64,000 nucleotides of DNA, taken from assembly GCA_963664705.1 (NCBI GenBank), contig OY761556.1, positions 4,768,001 to 4,832,000 of the forward strand, in the 5' to 3' direction. A model generated the notes under the pieces. It did no database searches and had not been told where the DNA came from. It saw only the letters and a list, made by a program, of their open reading frames with translations. Below, one piece after another: positions 32,528-41,741 of this stretch (its first letter is position 1; each line of letters begins with the position of its first letter). A program made the position numbers and the translations under genes. This stretch comes from Acidobacteriota bacterium (GTDB lineage: Bacteria > Acidobacteriota > UBA6911).

Positions 32528-35500
32528 ATGCGAATGAACAGCTATTCGAGAACGATTGCGGCGGTAGCACTTCCCTTTCTGGCATGCGGAGTTCAATGGT
32601 CTCTTTGGCAAACCCTAAGCCCCTTCGTCTGGTTCCTGTTTTTTCCCACGGTATTTTTCAGCGCATGGCTTGGCGGCATGGTGGGAGGACTTCTTTCCAC
32701 AATTATCTCGGCAACACTTGTCTGGTACGTCTTCATTCCGTCCCAATTCTCATGGACTCTAAAAAATTACAGCAATGCCTATTCGGTAATCATGTTCCTT
32801 GGCATGGGCTGGCTATTCAGTTGGGTGTTCACAAGGCTCAGCCGAACAACCCGGCAACTCATGAATTCGAATGAGCAGATTACGCAGCTCTATGAGAAGA
32901 CCAAGGAAATCGACACACTCAAAACTCAATTCTTTGCCAATATCAGTCACGAGTTGAGAACTCCGCTTGCCCTCATCCTGGGGCCGACCTCGAAATGGCT
33001 CCGCGAAAAGGCCCTGGATGAGAACCTACGGAATGATATCGAGATCATCAATCGAAATGCGCAACTGCTTCATCATCATGTGGATGAGCTGCTCGACTTT
33101 GCGAAGCTGGAAGATGGCAAGATGGGCTTATTGTACGCGAAGACTGATCTGGCCCACCAGATACGAATGCTGGCCTCCTACTTTGCACTGCTTGCTGATG
33201 AGCAACGCATAAATTTTTCAGTGCATGCGGATGACCCCGTGGATGCAGAGGTCGATCTGGAAAAATTCCATCGGATCGTATTAAACGTTCTTTCCAATGC
33301 CTTCAAGTTCACGCCGGAAGGCGGAGCGATATCGGTGGATCTGCGGAGCATGACGGATCTGGTGCTTATCCGTATCAGCGATACGGGACCGGGTATTCCG
33401 GAGGGGAGACAGGAATCGATCTTCGAAGCATTCAGGCAATTGGAGGAAACATCGACGCGCACTCACGGCGGGACGGGACTTGGCCTGTCCATAGCGAAGG
33501 AGTTCGTCAAGTTGCATGGAGGGACCATATCGGTCAAAAACCGGGAAACCGGTGGTTCGGAGTTTTCCATCGTCCTTCCTAACAAGGCACCTCTGGGAAC
33601 CAAGATATCGAGCCTGACACCGGAAAAAGCCACGCAGATGGAGGATCTGGGCAATCATCTTTCGGCAGAATTGCGGCATGCGCTGAAACCTGCACCTTCT
33701 GATCTGCCCTCAGACGCCGAAAGACCACTCATCCTGGTCGTTGAAGATAACGTGGATATGAATCAGTTCATCTGTTCTGTTCTGCAGCCCGGCTTTCGTG
33801 TGGTTGTCGCCTATGATGGAAAAGAAGGCGTAGCCAAGGCACTGGCAAACAAGCCGGACCTTATCGTTACCGACATTATGATGCCGGGTACGAGCGGCGA
33901 AATGATGCTCCAGGAAATTCAGTGTCATCCAGAACTTGAACATACTCCCATTATCATCCTCACTGCAAAAGCAGATGATTCACTGCAACTCAGGATGTTG
34001 CAGGAAGGCATCCGCGATTACATCCAGAAGCCTTTTCTGCCGGAGGTCCTGTTAGCCAAAGTTTCTACCATCGTGAATGAACACCAGGACACCGTCCGGA
34101 AATTGCGGGAAGGAGACCTCAAGCTCGAAAAGGCATTCCAGAATGCACCCGTCATGCTGGCGATCATGGATCAGGAAACCGGCAGGTACCTTGAGGTAAA
34201 TGACGAAGTCCTGCGAGCTTCGGGATATGAGCGTAAAGAGATCCTGGGGCGATCCGACACTGAAATTGGCTGGAGTTACCCGGAGAACCAGCTGCGGATG
34301 CTTTCAGAAATACATGAAAAGGGCCGGATACGCAGAATGGAACTGCAGCTCAGAACGAAAGACGGCCATACAATCATTGGGCGCGTGAATGGTGAAATCA
34401 TTTCTATTTCCGGGAAAGATGCGCTGCTGACCGTAACAGAGGACATTACAGATCAGGTTAAGATCGCCGAAAAGCTTACGGAATCAAACCGCCGCCTGTC
34501 GCTCGCCCTGGATTCCGCGGAGCTGGCTGTCTGGGATTGGGATGTGCGCAATAATACGATGTATTGGGATAACCGGATGTTTGAATTATATGGAGTGACC
34601 AGAACTGCATTCTCTTCCAATATTGATGCATGGCATGGTGGACTTCATCCGGAGGACAAGGATTGCGCCATTGCGGAATGTAATGCGGCTCTCGCAGGGA
34701 CGCGGACTTTTGATACCACGTTTCGGGTCAAGCCTCCTAATGGAACGACCAAATACATAAAGGCGAATGGCACTGTTGTTCGAGACATGGACGGCAAAGC
34801 GATTCGGATGCTGGGAGTCAATCGGGACATTACCGCGGCCACCCTGGCAGCAGCCGAAAAGGCGCAGCTCGAAGCAAGGCTTCAACATGCGCAAAAAATG
34901 GAAGCTATCGGTACGCTCGCGGGCGGCATTGCTCATGACTTCAATAATCTGCTCGGCGCCATCATGGGAAATACGGAGCTTTGCCTCATGAGTCTGCCTG
35001 AAGAGGGCGAAATCACAGAGAACCTTCGGGATGTCATGGCTGCATCCGAACGGGCCAAAGCGCTTGTACAGCAGATCCTGGCATTCAGCAGAAAAAGAGA
35101 GAGGCGAATCTCGCCGGTAGACATTAACCAAATCGTTACTGAAGCCATGAAGCTTCTGATTTCCGTAATACCCAAAACAATTGATATACAGCTGGAACTC
35201 AACGCGGATGGAGGCACTGTCCTGGCGGATGCGACGGAGCTTCACCAGGTGGTTATGAATCTGTGCACAAATGCCTATCAGGCTATGGCGGAAACCGGCG
35301 GTGTTTTAAAAGTGACGCTATCGAAATTGCGCGTGGACAATCGCGAAACGGATGCGGTTCCGAATCTCACCCAGGGGAGTTATATACGCCTCACCGTTAC
35401 CGATTCAGGGCCCGGCATGGATGAACAGACTTTGGCCAGAATTTTTGAACCTTACTTTACAACCAAAGTGCACGGGAAAGGGACGGGACTCGGGCTTGCC

Positions 35501-36016
35501 CTCGTTCATGGCATTGTCTATGCGCTAAAGGGAACGATTCAGGTCTTTAGCACCCCGGGGCAGGGGACTTCCTTTGCTGTCTATCTTCCTCAGCAGGAGG
35601 AGCCTTCGTGCGAAGCGGATTCGCAGGATAGAGCGGCTTCGAGCGGCAATGGCCGCATCCTTCTTGTGGACGATGAACCGTCACTCGCCCGGCTGGGCAG
35701 AAAGATACTCGAGGGTCTTGGTTATGCTGTCCAGGAATGCACTGACCCGATGGAGGCAATCCACCTTTTTGAGAGCGGTCCCTTCAGCTTCGACGCAATT
35801 GTTACAGACCAAACCATGCCTGGTTTAACGGGATCGGACCTCATTCAAAAGATCAAGGATATCAGGCCCGAAATGGCTGCGGTTCTGTGTACGGGATTCA
35901 GTGAGTTGATGGACGCGACCCGGGCAACGGAGCAAGGCATAAAATTCGTTCAAAAGCCTTATACCCGGGACAGCCTTGGCATTGCCCTTGCGGAAGCCAT
36001 TTCAGGTCGTGAATGA
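32528..36016 (+). CDS. Hybrid kinase with two kinase cores (DUF4118-HisKA-HATPase-REC-PAS-PAS-HisKA-HATPase-REC)
   Basis: H-boxes FFANISHELRTPL and GGIAHDFNNLL; G-boxes GGTGLGL and GKGTGLGL; receivers LVVEDN...TDIMMP and LLVDDE...TDQTMP. Confidence 0.92.
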   Translation: MRMNSYSRTIAAVALPFLACGVQWSLWQTLSPFVWFLFFPTVFFSAWLGGMVGGLLSTIISATLVWYVFIPSQFSWTLKNYSNAYSVIMFLGMGWLFSWVFTRLSRTTRQLMNSNEQITQLYEKTKEIDTLKTQFFANISHELRTPLALILGPTSKWLREKALDENLRNDIEIINRNAQLLHHHVDELLDFAKLEDGKMGLLYAKTDLAHQIRMLASYFALLADEQRINFSVHADDPVDAEVDLEKFHRIVLNVLSNAFKFTPEGGAISVDLRSMTDLVLIRISDTGPGIPEGRQESIFEAFRQLEETSTRTHGGTGLGLSIAKEFVKLHGGTISVKNRETGGSEFSIVLPNKAPLGTKISSLTPEKATQMEDLGNHLSAELRHALKPAPSDLPSDAERPLILVVEDNVDMNQFICSVLQPGFRVVVAYDGKEGVAKALANKPDLIVTDIMMPGTSGEMMLQEIQCHPELEHTPIIILTAKADDSLQLRMLQEGIRDYIQKPFLPEVLLAKVSTIVNEHQDTVRKLREGDLKLEKAFQNAPVMLAIMDQETGRYLEVNDEVLRASGYERKEILGRSDTEIGWSYPENQLRMLSEIHEKGRIRRMELQLRTKDGHTIIGRVNGEIISISGKDALLTVTEDITDQVKIAEKLTESNRRLSLALDSAELAVWDWDVRNNTMYWDNRMFELYGVTRTAFSSNIDAWHGGLHPEDKDCAIAECNAALAGTRTFDTTFRVKPPNGTTKYIKANGTVVRDMDGKAIRMLGVNRDITAATLAAAEKAQLEARLQHAQKMEAIGTLAGGIAHDFNNLLGAIMGNTELCLMSLPEEGEITENLRDVMAASERAKALVQQILAFSRKRERRISPVDINQIVTEAMKLLISVIPKTIDIQLELNADGGTVLADATELHQVVMNLCTNAYQAMAETGGVLKVTLSKLRVDNRETDAVPNLTQGSYIRLTVTDSGPGMDEQTLARIFEPYFTTKVHGKGTGLGLALVHGIVYALKGTIQVFSTPGQGTSFAVYLPQQEEPSCEADSQDRAASSGNGRILLVDDEPSLARLGRKILEGLGYAVQECTDPMEAIHLFESGPFSFDAIVTDQTMPGLTGSDLIQKIKDIRPEMAAVLCTGFSELMDATRATEQGIKFVQKPYTRDSLGIALAEAISGRE

Positions 36017-36021
36017 TTTCC

Positions 36022-36327
36022 CGGGAGCGCCGGCGTTTCGCCTAAGGTCATTTGCCTTTTTTCGGGCGTTTTTCTTTCGCCCCTTCAGGGCTCCTATTTT
36101 TTCATTATTCTACCAGGGGTTCGCTCCGCTCACCCCTGGCTACAATCTGCCGCGCCTCCGGCGCTTAGTGTAGATGGAACAAAGTTCCAGCGCCGGAGGC
36201 GCGAAAGATAGTAGCCCCGGGCGAGCTTGCGAGCCCGGGGTTATATTCCGGGCTCAAAGAGCCCTGAAGGGGCGAAAGAACGGCAATTGCAAAAAAGGCC
36301 ATTGGCATTAGGCATCTCGCCGGCAAG
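36022..36327. repeat. Composite REP/MITE-like element
   Basis: Inner 36040-36313 has imperfect terminal inverted repeats (GCCTAA...TTCTTTCGCCCC / GGGGCGAAAGAA...TTAGGC) and hairpins CCAGGGGTTCGCTCCGCTCACCCCTGG and CCCCGGGCGAGCTTGCGAGCCCGGGG; flanked by GGGAGCGCCGGCG and CTCGCCGGCAAG. Confidence 0.85.
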
Positions 36328-36538
36328 AGCCGCAGTGGGCCCCGGCTTCATTTCGTTATTCAACCTGCAAAAAGTATCCGTCACCCGGCTGGACGCGAAC
36401 GCTCCCAACAGTTTTGCTCCCAATAAAGACAGGTATGGAGTAAAATCACCCTTCATCGAAAACCTTCATAATCGCCTCATACGACGAGCCAGTACTGTTG
36501 GCGCTGAGTCGGGTGAAGTTTGTCCGAAAGGAAGCAGT

Positions 36539-39500
36539 ATGCAGTCCGGCAGTGGTAACGATCGGCAAGGTCAGAAGGATGCCAGAGAAAATTCATCGGA
36601 GCGGCAATCACCGATTGCTATCGATGTGTTCATCCAGGCTTTCCGATCCAACCCCGCTGCCATTGTGATTACTCGCGCCCGGGATGGTTTAATCCTGGAA
36701 ATAAACGAATCCTGTGAATCCCTTTTCGGGTTTAGTCGTGATGAAGTCATCGGGCGCACTACCCAGGATTTGAATCTTTGGCCCGACAAAGATAAGCGCC
36801 GTCACCTTGAAGAAGCCCTGCGCAAAACCGGAAGCCTGCGGAGCCAGGAGGTAACGATACGAAATGCTTCGGGCCTCCCCTTTACTGCATTGGTCTCGGC
36901 GGAATTGATGACGATCTCGGGAGAGGATGTCCTGATCACGACATGGCAGGACATAACCGCCAAAAAGCAGACCGAGAATGCCCTTTTGGAGAGCAACAAA
37001 AAACTGGAAATGGCATTGCGCTCAGCAGGGATGGGGGTTTGGCGGCTGGACTTGCCCGAGCGCAAACCCTTCTTCGATGATCAGACCTGTCGGCTCCTCG
37101 GAATCAACCCGGCCGATTTCAATAACACCTCGGCAGAGTTCTTTGCGGCGGTTCATCCGGAGGATCGAAACAATCTGGCTTCCGCCATCACTCAGGCAAT
37201 CCGGACAAATTCTGCGTACAAAGCGGATTACCGGGCAGTGTGGCCGGACGGGAGCATTCATTTCCTGACTTCAAGAGGACAACTGTTTTTGAAGGAGGAT
37301 GGGCAACAATGGATCAATGGACTGGTCTGGGACGTCTCCGAAAGAAAGAGAGGCGAGGACCAGTTATCGCGCAGTGAAAACCTGCTGCGCGCCGTTACAG
37401 ATAACTCACCGGAAGCGATCTATGTCAAAGACCGAGACAGTCGATGGTTGATGGCAAATCCCACGGTCCTGCATATCGTGGGAAGAGATGCTTCGGAGGC
37501 TCTGGGCAAAACCGATCTGGAATTATACGACGATCAGAAGATCGGCCAGGCAATCCTGGAAAATGACCGCCGCATCATGGAGTGCGGCGCATCGGAAGCA
37601 TTCGAGGAACTCGCGGACACGCCTGAAGGCAGGCGTACATTTCTATCGATCAAGGCTCCCTGGCGCGATGGTGCAGGAAAAGTCATCGGAGTAGTCGGGA
37701 TATCCCACGATATCACCGAGCGCAAGAGAGCAGAAAAAGCCCTGCGGGACCAGGATGAGAGGATGCAGGCTCTATTCAAGCATCCCAACATCGGCATCGT
37801 AATCACTTCTCCTCAGAAGGGATGGCTGGAGGTCAATGACGCATGGTGCCAGATGATCGGGTACTCCAGGGATGAGCTGAAAGAAATCGACTGGCCCGCC
37901 GTTACGCACCCGGAAGATCTTCAAGAGGATTTGAATCAATTCGAACGCCTGCTTTCCGGGGCAATCGACGGGTATCTGCTTCAAAAACGATTCATTCGCA
38001 AGGACGGGACAATTCTGTATACGGAGATTTCGGTCGCCTGCGTACGGCGGGCGGACAGATATCCAGAATACATGGTGACCCTTATTCGCGATATAACCGC
38101 CAGGAAAGAAGCAGAAGAGGCGCTGCGGGTTTCCGAGGAAAAATTTTCACTGGCCTTCTCCGGAAACCCTGCTGCCATTGCTCTGACGCGAATGAGTGAT
38201 GGCGCATTCCTTGAAGTCAACGACACGTGGCTGCGACTGAGCGGCTACGATCGTGAAGAACTGATCGGCGGCTCCATCCGACTCATGGATCTCTGGCCGG
38301 ACTCCAGTGTCAGCGATCTGTTTCACGGTGAGTTGAAGCGAAAAGGGTCCCTGCATGGCTGGGAACAGGAATTCCGAAAAAGATCGGGAGAACTATCTCA
38401 TGGCCAGCTCTCTTCAAACGTGCTGAGCGTTCGAGGAGAACCGGTCATCCTGACTACCCTGATTGACATCACCAAGCGAAAGCTCGCGGAAAAAGAACTG
38501 ACCGAAACCACACAACGCCTTCACCTTGCAACCGCGGCCGCCAAGGCAGGGGTTTGGGACTGGCATCTCAGGACCAATGAAATGATTTGGGACGCCCGGA
38601 TGCTCGAGCTTTACGGGTTGACGCCGGACACCTTTCCTGGCGGAGTGGAAGCATGGGAGCACCAGTTGCACCCGGACGATTTGGTCAATGCCCTTGAGGA
38701 TTGCCAGTCCGCCTTGCGGGGAGAAAGAGATTTCGATACCGAATTTCGCGTCAAGCATCCCGACGGCTCTGTGGTACATATCCAGGCGAACGGACTCGTT
38801 CTTCGTGACGGACAAGGCGAGCCTTTTCGCATGATTGGATTGAACACAGACATCACGGAAATACGCAGGACAGAAGCGGAGAAGGCAAAGCTCGAAAGCC
38901 AGTTGCAGCAAGCCCAGAAAATGGAATCCGTCGGCCGGCTGGCGGGCGGAGTCGCCCATGACTATAACAATATGCTGGGAGTGATTCTCGGACATACAGA
39001 GCTGGCATTGGAACAGGTGCTGCCTTCGCAGCCTTTATACGACGACCTGATTGAGATTCAGAAAGCCGCGCAGCGATCCGCAGACCTGACCAGGCAACTG
39101 TTGGCTTTCGCCAGAAAACAGCCCGTTGCCCCGCAGATGCTGAATCTGAATGAAAGTTTGTCGGTAATGGCACGAATGCTGCAGCGCCTTATCGGCGAAG
39201 CGATTCGAATCGACTGGAAACCGGGCAATGATCTGTGGTCGATCCAGATCGATCCATCGCAGATAGACCAGATTATGGCAAACCTTGCAATCAATGCGCG
39301 GGATGCCATTCAGGGAGTCGGCGTCCTGACAATTGAGACCGCTAATGTCACGCTTTCCGAAGAATACTGCGTCACCCACAAAAATTTCAGGCCGGGAGAC
39401 TACGTGCTTCTCACCGTAGGGGATACGGGAAGCGGCATGAACGAGGAAACGCTGCAGCACATCTTTGAACCATTCTTTACTACCAAGGAAATCGGCAAGG

Positions 39501-40033
39501 GCACTGGATTGGGGCTATCAACCGTATACGGAATTATAAGACAAAACAGCGGGCATATTACGGTGGAAAGCCGGCCAGGGATGGGAACAGCGTTCAGAAT
39601 CTACCTGCCCCGATTCCGGGGCAGCATCATGGAAACATCGGAGAAGCTTCGCGCGGTAGCAAAGGGCCAGGGGATTGTTCTGCTGGTGGAAGATGAAGGA
39701 TCCATTCTGAGGCTGACCACCAGAATGCTGGAGGGGCTGGGGTATACGGTTCTGCCCGCATCCACACCGGATGAAGCCATCTACCTTGCGCAGGAATATG
39801 GCGGAGTCATTAATATATTGCTGACGGATATCGTGATGCCGAACATGAATGGCCGGGATCTGGCGAATCGGCTGTTATCTCTCCATCCCAGGATATCAAC
39901 CGTTTTCATGTCCGGGTGGACGGCCGATATCATCGCGCACCAGGGCATCATGGAACCGGGGATTCATTTCCTTCAGAAGCCCTTCTCGAGACAACAGCTA
40001 GCGGAAACACTGCAACGAGCGTCCCAGCACTGA
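36539..40033 (+). CDS. Cytoplasmic hybrid kinase with six PAS domains (PAS x6-HisKA-HATPase-REC)
   Basis: Six PAS/PAC units, most ending in DIT/DVS; QAQKMESVGRLAGGVAHDYNN; FFTTKEIGKGTGLGL; REC. RBS AAGGAAG before ATG 36539; the longer ORF start lies inside the repeat. Confidence 0.92.
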   Translation: MQSGSGNDRQGQKDARENSSERQSPIAIDVFIQAFRSNPAAIVITRARDGLILEINESCESLFGFSRDEVIGRTTQDLNLWPDKDKRRHLEEALRKTGSLRSQEVTIRNASGLPFTALVSAELMTISGEDVLITTWQDITAKKQTENALLESNKKLEMALRSAGMGVWRLDLPERKPFFDDQTCRLLGINPADFNNTSAEFFAAVHPEDRNNLASAITQAIRTNSAYKADYRAVWPDGSIHFLTSRGQLFLKEDGQQWINGLVWDVSERKRGEDQLSRSENLLRAVTDNSPEAIYVKDRDSRWLMANPTVLHIVGRDASEALGKTDLELYDDQKIGQAILENDRRIMECGASEAFEELADTPEGRRTFLSIKAPWRDGAGKVIGVVGISHDITERKRAEKALRDQDERMQALFKHPNIGIVITSPQKGWLEVNDAWCQMIGYSRDELKEIDWPAVTHPEDLQEDLNQFERLLSGAIDGYLLQKRFIRKDGTILYTEISVACVRRADRYPEYMVTLIRDITARKEAEEALRVSEEKFSLAFSGNPAAIALTRMSDGAFLEVNDTWLRLSGYDREELIGGSIRLMDLWPDSSVSDLFHGELKRKGSLHGWEQEFRKRSGELSHGQLSSNVLSVRGEPVILTTLIDITKRKLAEKELTETTQRLHLATAAAKAGVWDWHLRTNEMIWDARMLELYGLTPDTFPGGVEAWEHQLHPDDLVNALEDCQSALRGERDFDTEFRVKHPDGSVVHIQANGLVLRDGQGEPFRMIGLNTDITEIRRTEAEKAKLESQLQQAQKMESVGRLAGGVAHDYNNMLGVILGHTELALEQVLPSQPLYDDLIEIQKAAQRSADLTRQLLAFARKQPVAPQMLNLNESLSVMARMLQRLIGEAIRIDWKPGNDLWSIQIDPSQIDQIMANLAINARDAIQGVGVLTIETANVTLSEEYCVTHKNFRPGDYVLLTVGDTGSGMNEETLQHIFEPFFTTKEIGKGTGLGLSTVYGIIRQNSGHITVESRPGMGTAFRIYLPRFRGSIMETSEKLRAVAKGQGIVLLVEDEGSILRLTTRMLEGLGYTVLPASTPDEAIYLAQEYGGVINILLTDIVMPNMNGRDLANRLLSLHPRISTVFMSGWTADIIAHQGIMEPGIHFLQKPFSRQQLAETLQRASQH

Positions 40034-40045
40034 ACTGAGGATTGA

Positions 40046-40270
40046 CGCCGGCGCCCACTGAGAGACCGCGTCTCGCCCAATGCTATTTACTTTTTCGGGC
40101 GCTTTGCTTTCGCCCTTAGGAGGGCTCTTTCTCGCGCATATCTCTACCGGGGGTTCGCTGCGCTTCACCCCTGGCCATTTTCTGACCGCGCCTCTGGGGC
40201 TGATTTGATTGCGATTCCAAGTTTTCTGGGCAAATAGTAAGCGGCATCGGCCGCGACCGCTAGGCTCCCG
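40046..40270. repeat. REP/MITE-like element (partial copy) between convergent genes
   Basis: CGTCTCGCCCAATG...CTTTCGCCC left-end motif and GGGGGTTCGCTGCGCTTCACCCCTGG hairpin resemble the 36-kb element. Confidence 0.75.
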
Positions 40271-40285
40271 GTGAATCGGTAATCC

Positions 40286-41407
40286 TTATGCGCAGCGCAG
40301 GACGCCCCTGGCCCAGAGGCAGTCGCCGCAGACGGGGAAGGGATTTCCCTGACAATCCTTTTCGTTTTTCTCGGAGTCTTCACAACCGCCGCAATCGACG
40401 CAAGGAGAAAACTCAAACTTTCTCACCCGCTCACGAAAGGCCGCATAATCAGGCTGAAGCCAAATCGACCTCAGGGATTGTTCTTTCAGACTGCCATATT
40501 CGCAATGCCGGAAAAACTTCTTCCAGCCTCTGACATAGCAGGTGTACGAATGGAGCAAGGGCGGACACGGGCTCACACTGCCGTGACAGGACAGAGCCAG
40601 GCTGCCAGGCCGGATGAACGGACAGTAATTGTTTCTCTGATTCAGATCGATGTCGAGATAGCTCAGATTGGATCGCTCACTTGCGATTGCACCGATCGAT
40701 TTCATGATCTCCGGGTCCCAATCCATTTTGGGGATATGCCAGCGCGGGTTGCGATCATTCCCCTGGCCTTCGTAGCTGGTTGGTTCCAGGTTGTAGAGAA
40801 TCTCATTCTGAAGCTCGGCGGTATACGGCAATACATTCGAGACAATAACGAAAGAAGCGCGAATATTTTCGGCAATCTTCTGCAGGGCGGGCAACTCATG
40901 AATGTTGCTCTTCATCGCCACAAATTCAATTCCGACTCTGAGCGGCGTTGGCCGCGTCCTCTCGCTCAGTTGAAGTAATTTGCTCACATTGTCGCTAATC
41001 TCTTCCAACGTGGCGCCTGGCCTTACGGCGCCGAGCGATTCGTTGGACGTCCCGTCAATGGAGACGGTGTACTGGTCAAGACCCGCGCGAATCAACCGTT
41101 CGCTCAGCGACGGGGTGAGCAATAAAGCATTGCTCGTCATCTCGGTGCGCAGTCCATGAGCATGGGCGAGCCGGATCATATCGGGAAAACGCGGATGCAG
41201 CAGCGACTCCCCAAAACCGGCAAAGGCGATGGTTTTTGCTTCCGGGAAATCAACCAGTCCGTCGATCAGAGCCTGGTACACGGGCCAGGCGAGATCTTCA
41301 AATGATTCATCCCAGGAATGGCGGATACAGGTTACGCAGCTCAGATTGCAGCGGTTGGTCGGCTCCACGTAGATCTTTGTCAGCGGATCGGCGGATTGGT
41401 CCTGCAT
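40286..41407 (-). CDS. Radical SAM/SPASM protein, probable tungsten-cofactor oxidoreductase maturase (TIGR04317-like)
   Basis: CNLSCVTC motif; Cys-rich C-terminus CPFI...PCPPL...CVDCGGC...DCQGN.FPVCGDC; downstream of aor and moaD. Confidence 0.85.
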   Translation of the reverse strand: MQDQSADPLTKIYVEPTNRCNLSCVTCIRHSWDESFEDLAWPVYQALIDGLVDFPEAKTIAFAGFGESLLHPRFPDMIRLAHAHGLRTEMTSNALLLTPSLSERLIRAGLDQYTVSIDGTSNESLGAVRPGATLEEISDNVSKLLQLSERTRPTPLRVGIEFVAMKSNIHELPALQKIAENIRASFVIVSNVLPYTAELQNEILYNLEPTSYEGQGNDRNPRWHIPKMDWDPEIMKSIGAIASERSNLSYLDIDLNQRNNYCPFIRPGSLALSCHGSVSPCPPLLHSYTCYVRGWKKFFRHCEYGSLKEQSLRSIWLQPDYAAFRERVRKFEFSPCVDCGGCEDSEKNEKDCQGNPFPVCGDCLWARGVLRCA

Positions 41408-41426
41408 TCTCTCTTTCTCTTCCCAC

Positions 41427-41493
41427 GAAAACAACGAAGACCGCGGAAAACACAGATATGATCTCCGTGCCTTCCGCGGTCTTCCGTGTTTTC
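41427..41493. repeat. Intergenic inverted repeat sharing the GAAGACCGC core of the 24-kb repeat
   Basis: GAAAACAACGAAGACCGCGGAA ... TTCCGCGGTCTTCCGTGTTTTC. Confidence 0.7.
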
Positions 41494-41498
41494 AGCGG

Positions 41499-41723
41499 CT
41501 ACCCACCCTCTAAAAAGGGATAGAGCTTGATGGAGTCGCCGTCTTTAATGACGCTGTTCAGCGGAGCCCATGCATCATTGATGAGCAGCATGCCGACATC
41601 GTCATCGGTAAGCCCGAGTCTGGCTTCAAGCTGCGCCAGGCTGAGAGACTCACCGATATCCAGCGTGTCATGCCTTTTGCCCATCCGCTCTACCAGATTC
41701 AACCCGAACTCAATTTCAATCAT
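41499..41723 (-). CDS. MoaD/ThiS-family sulfur carrier
   Basis: 74 aa, beta-grasp size, ends IKDGDSIKLYPFLEGG with the C-terminal GG. Confidence 0.9.
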   Translation of the reverse strand: MIEIEFGLNLVERMGKRHDTLDIGESLSLAQLEARLGLTDDDVGMLLINDAWAPLNSVIKDGDSIKLYPFLEGG

Positions 41724-41741
41724 ACCGTTCCCTTGGGCCTT

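Noticed and set aside
36227-36538. N-terminal extension of the 1268-aa kinase ORF
   Set aside because: It begins at a TTG inside the REP/MITE element; ATG 36539 has an RBS and sits just before the first PAS domain.
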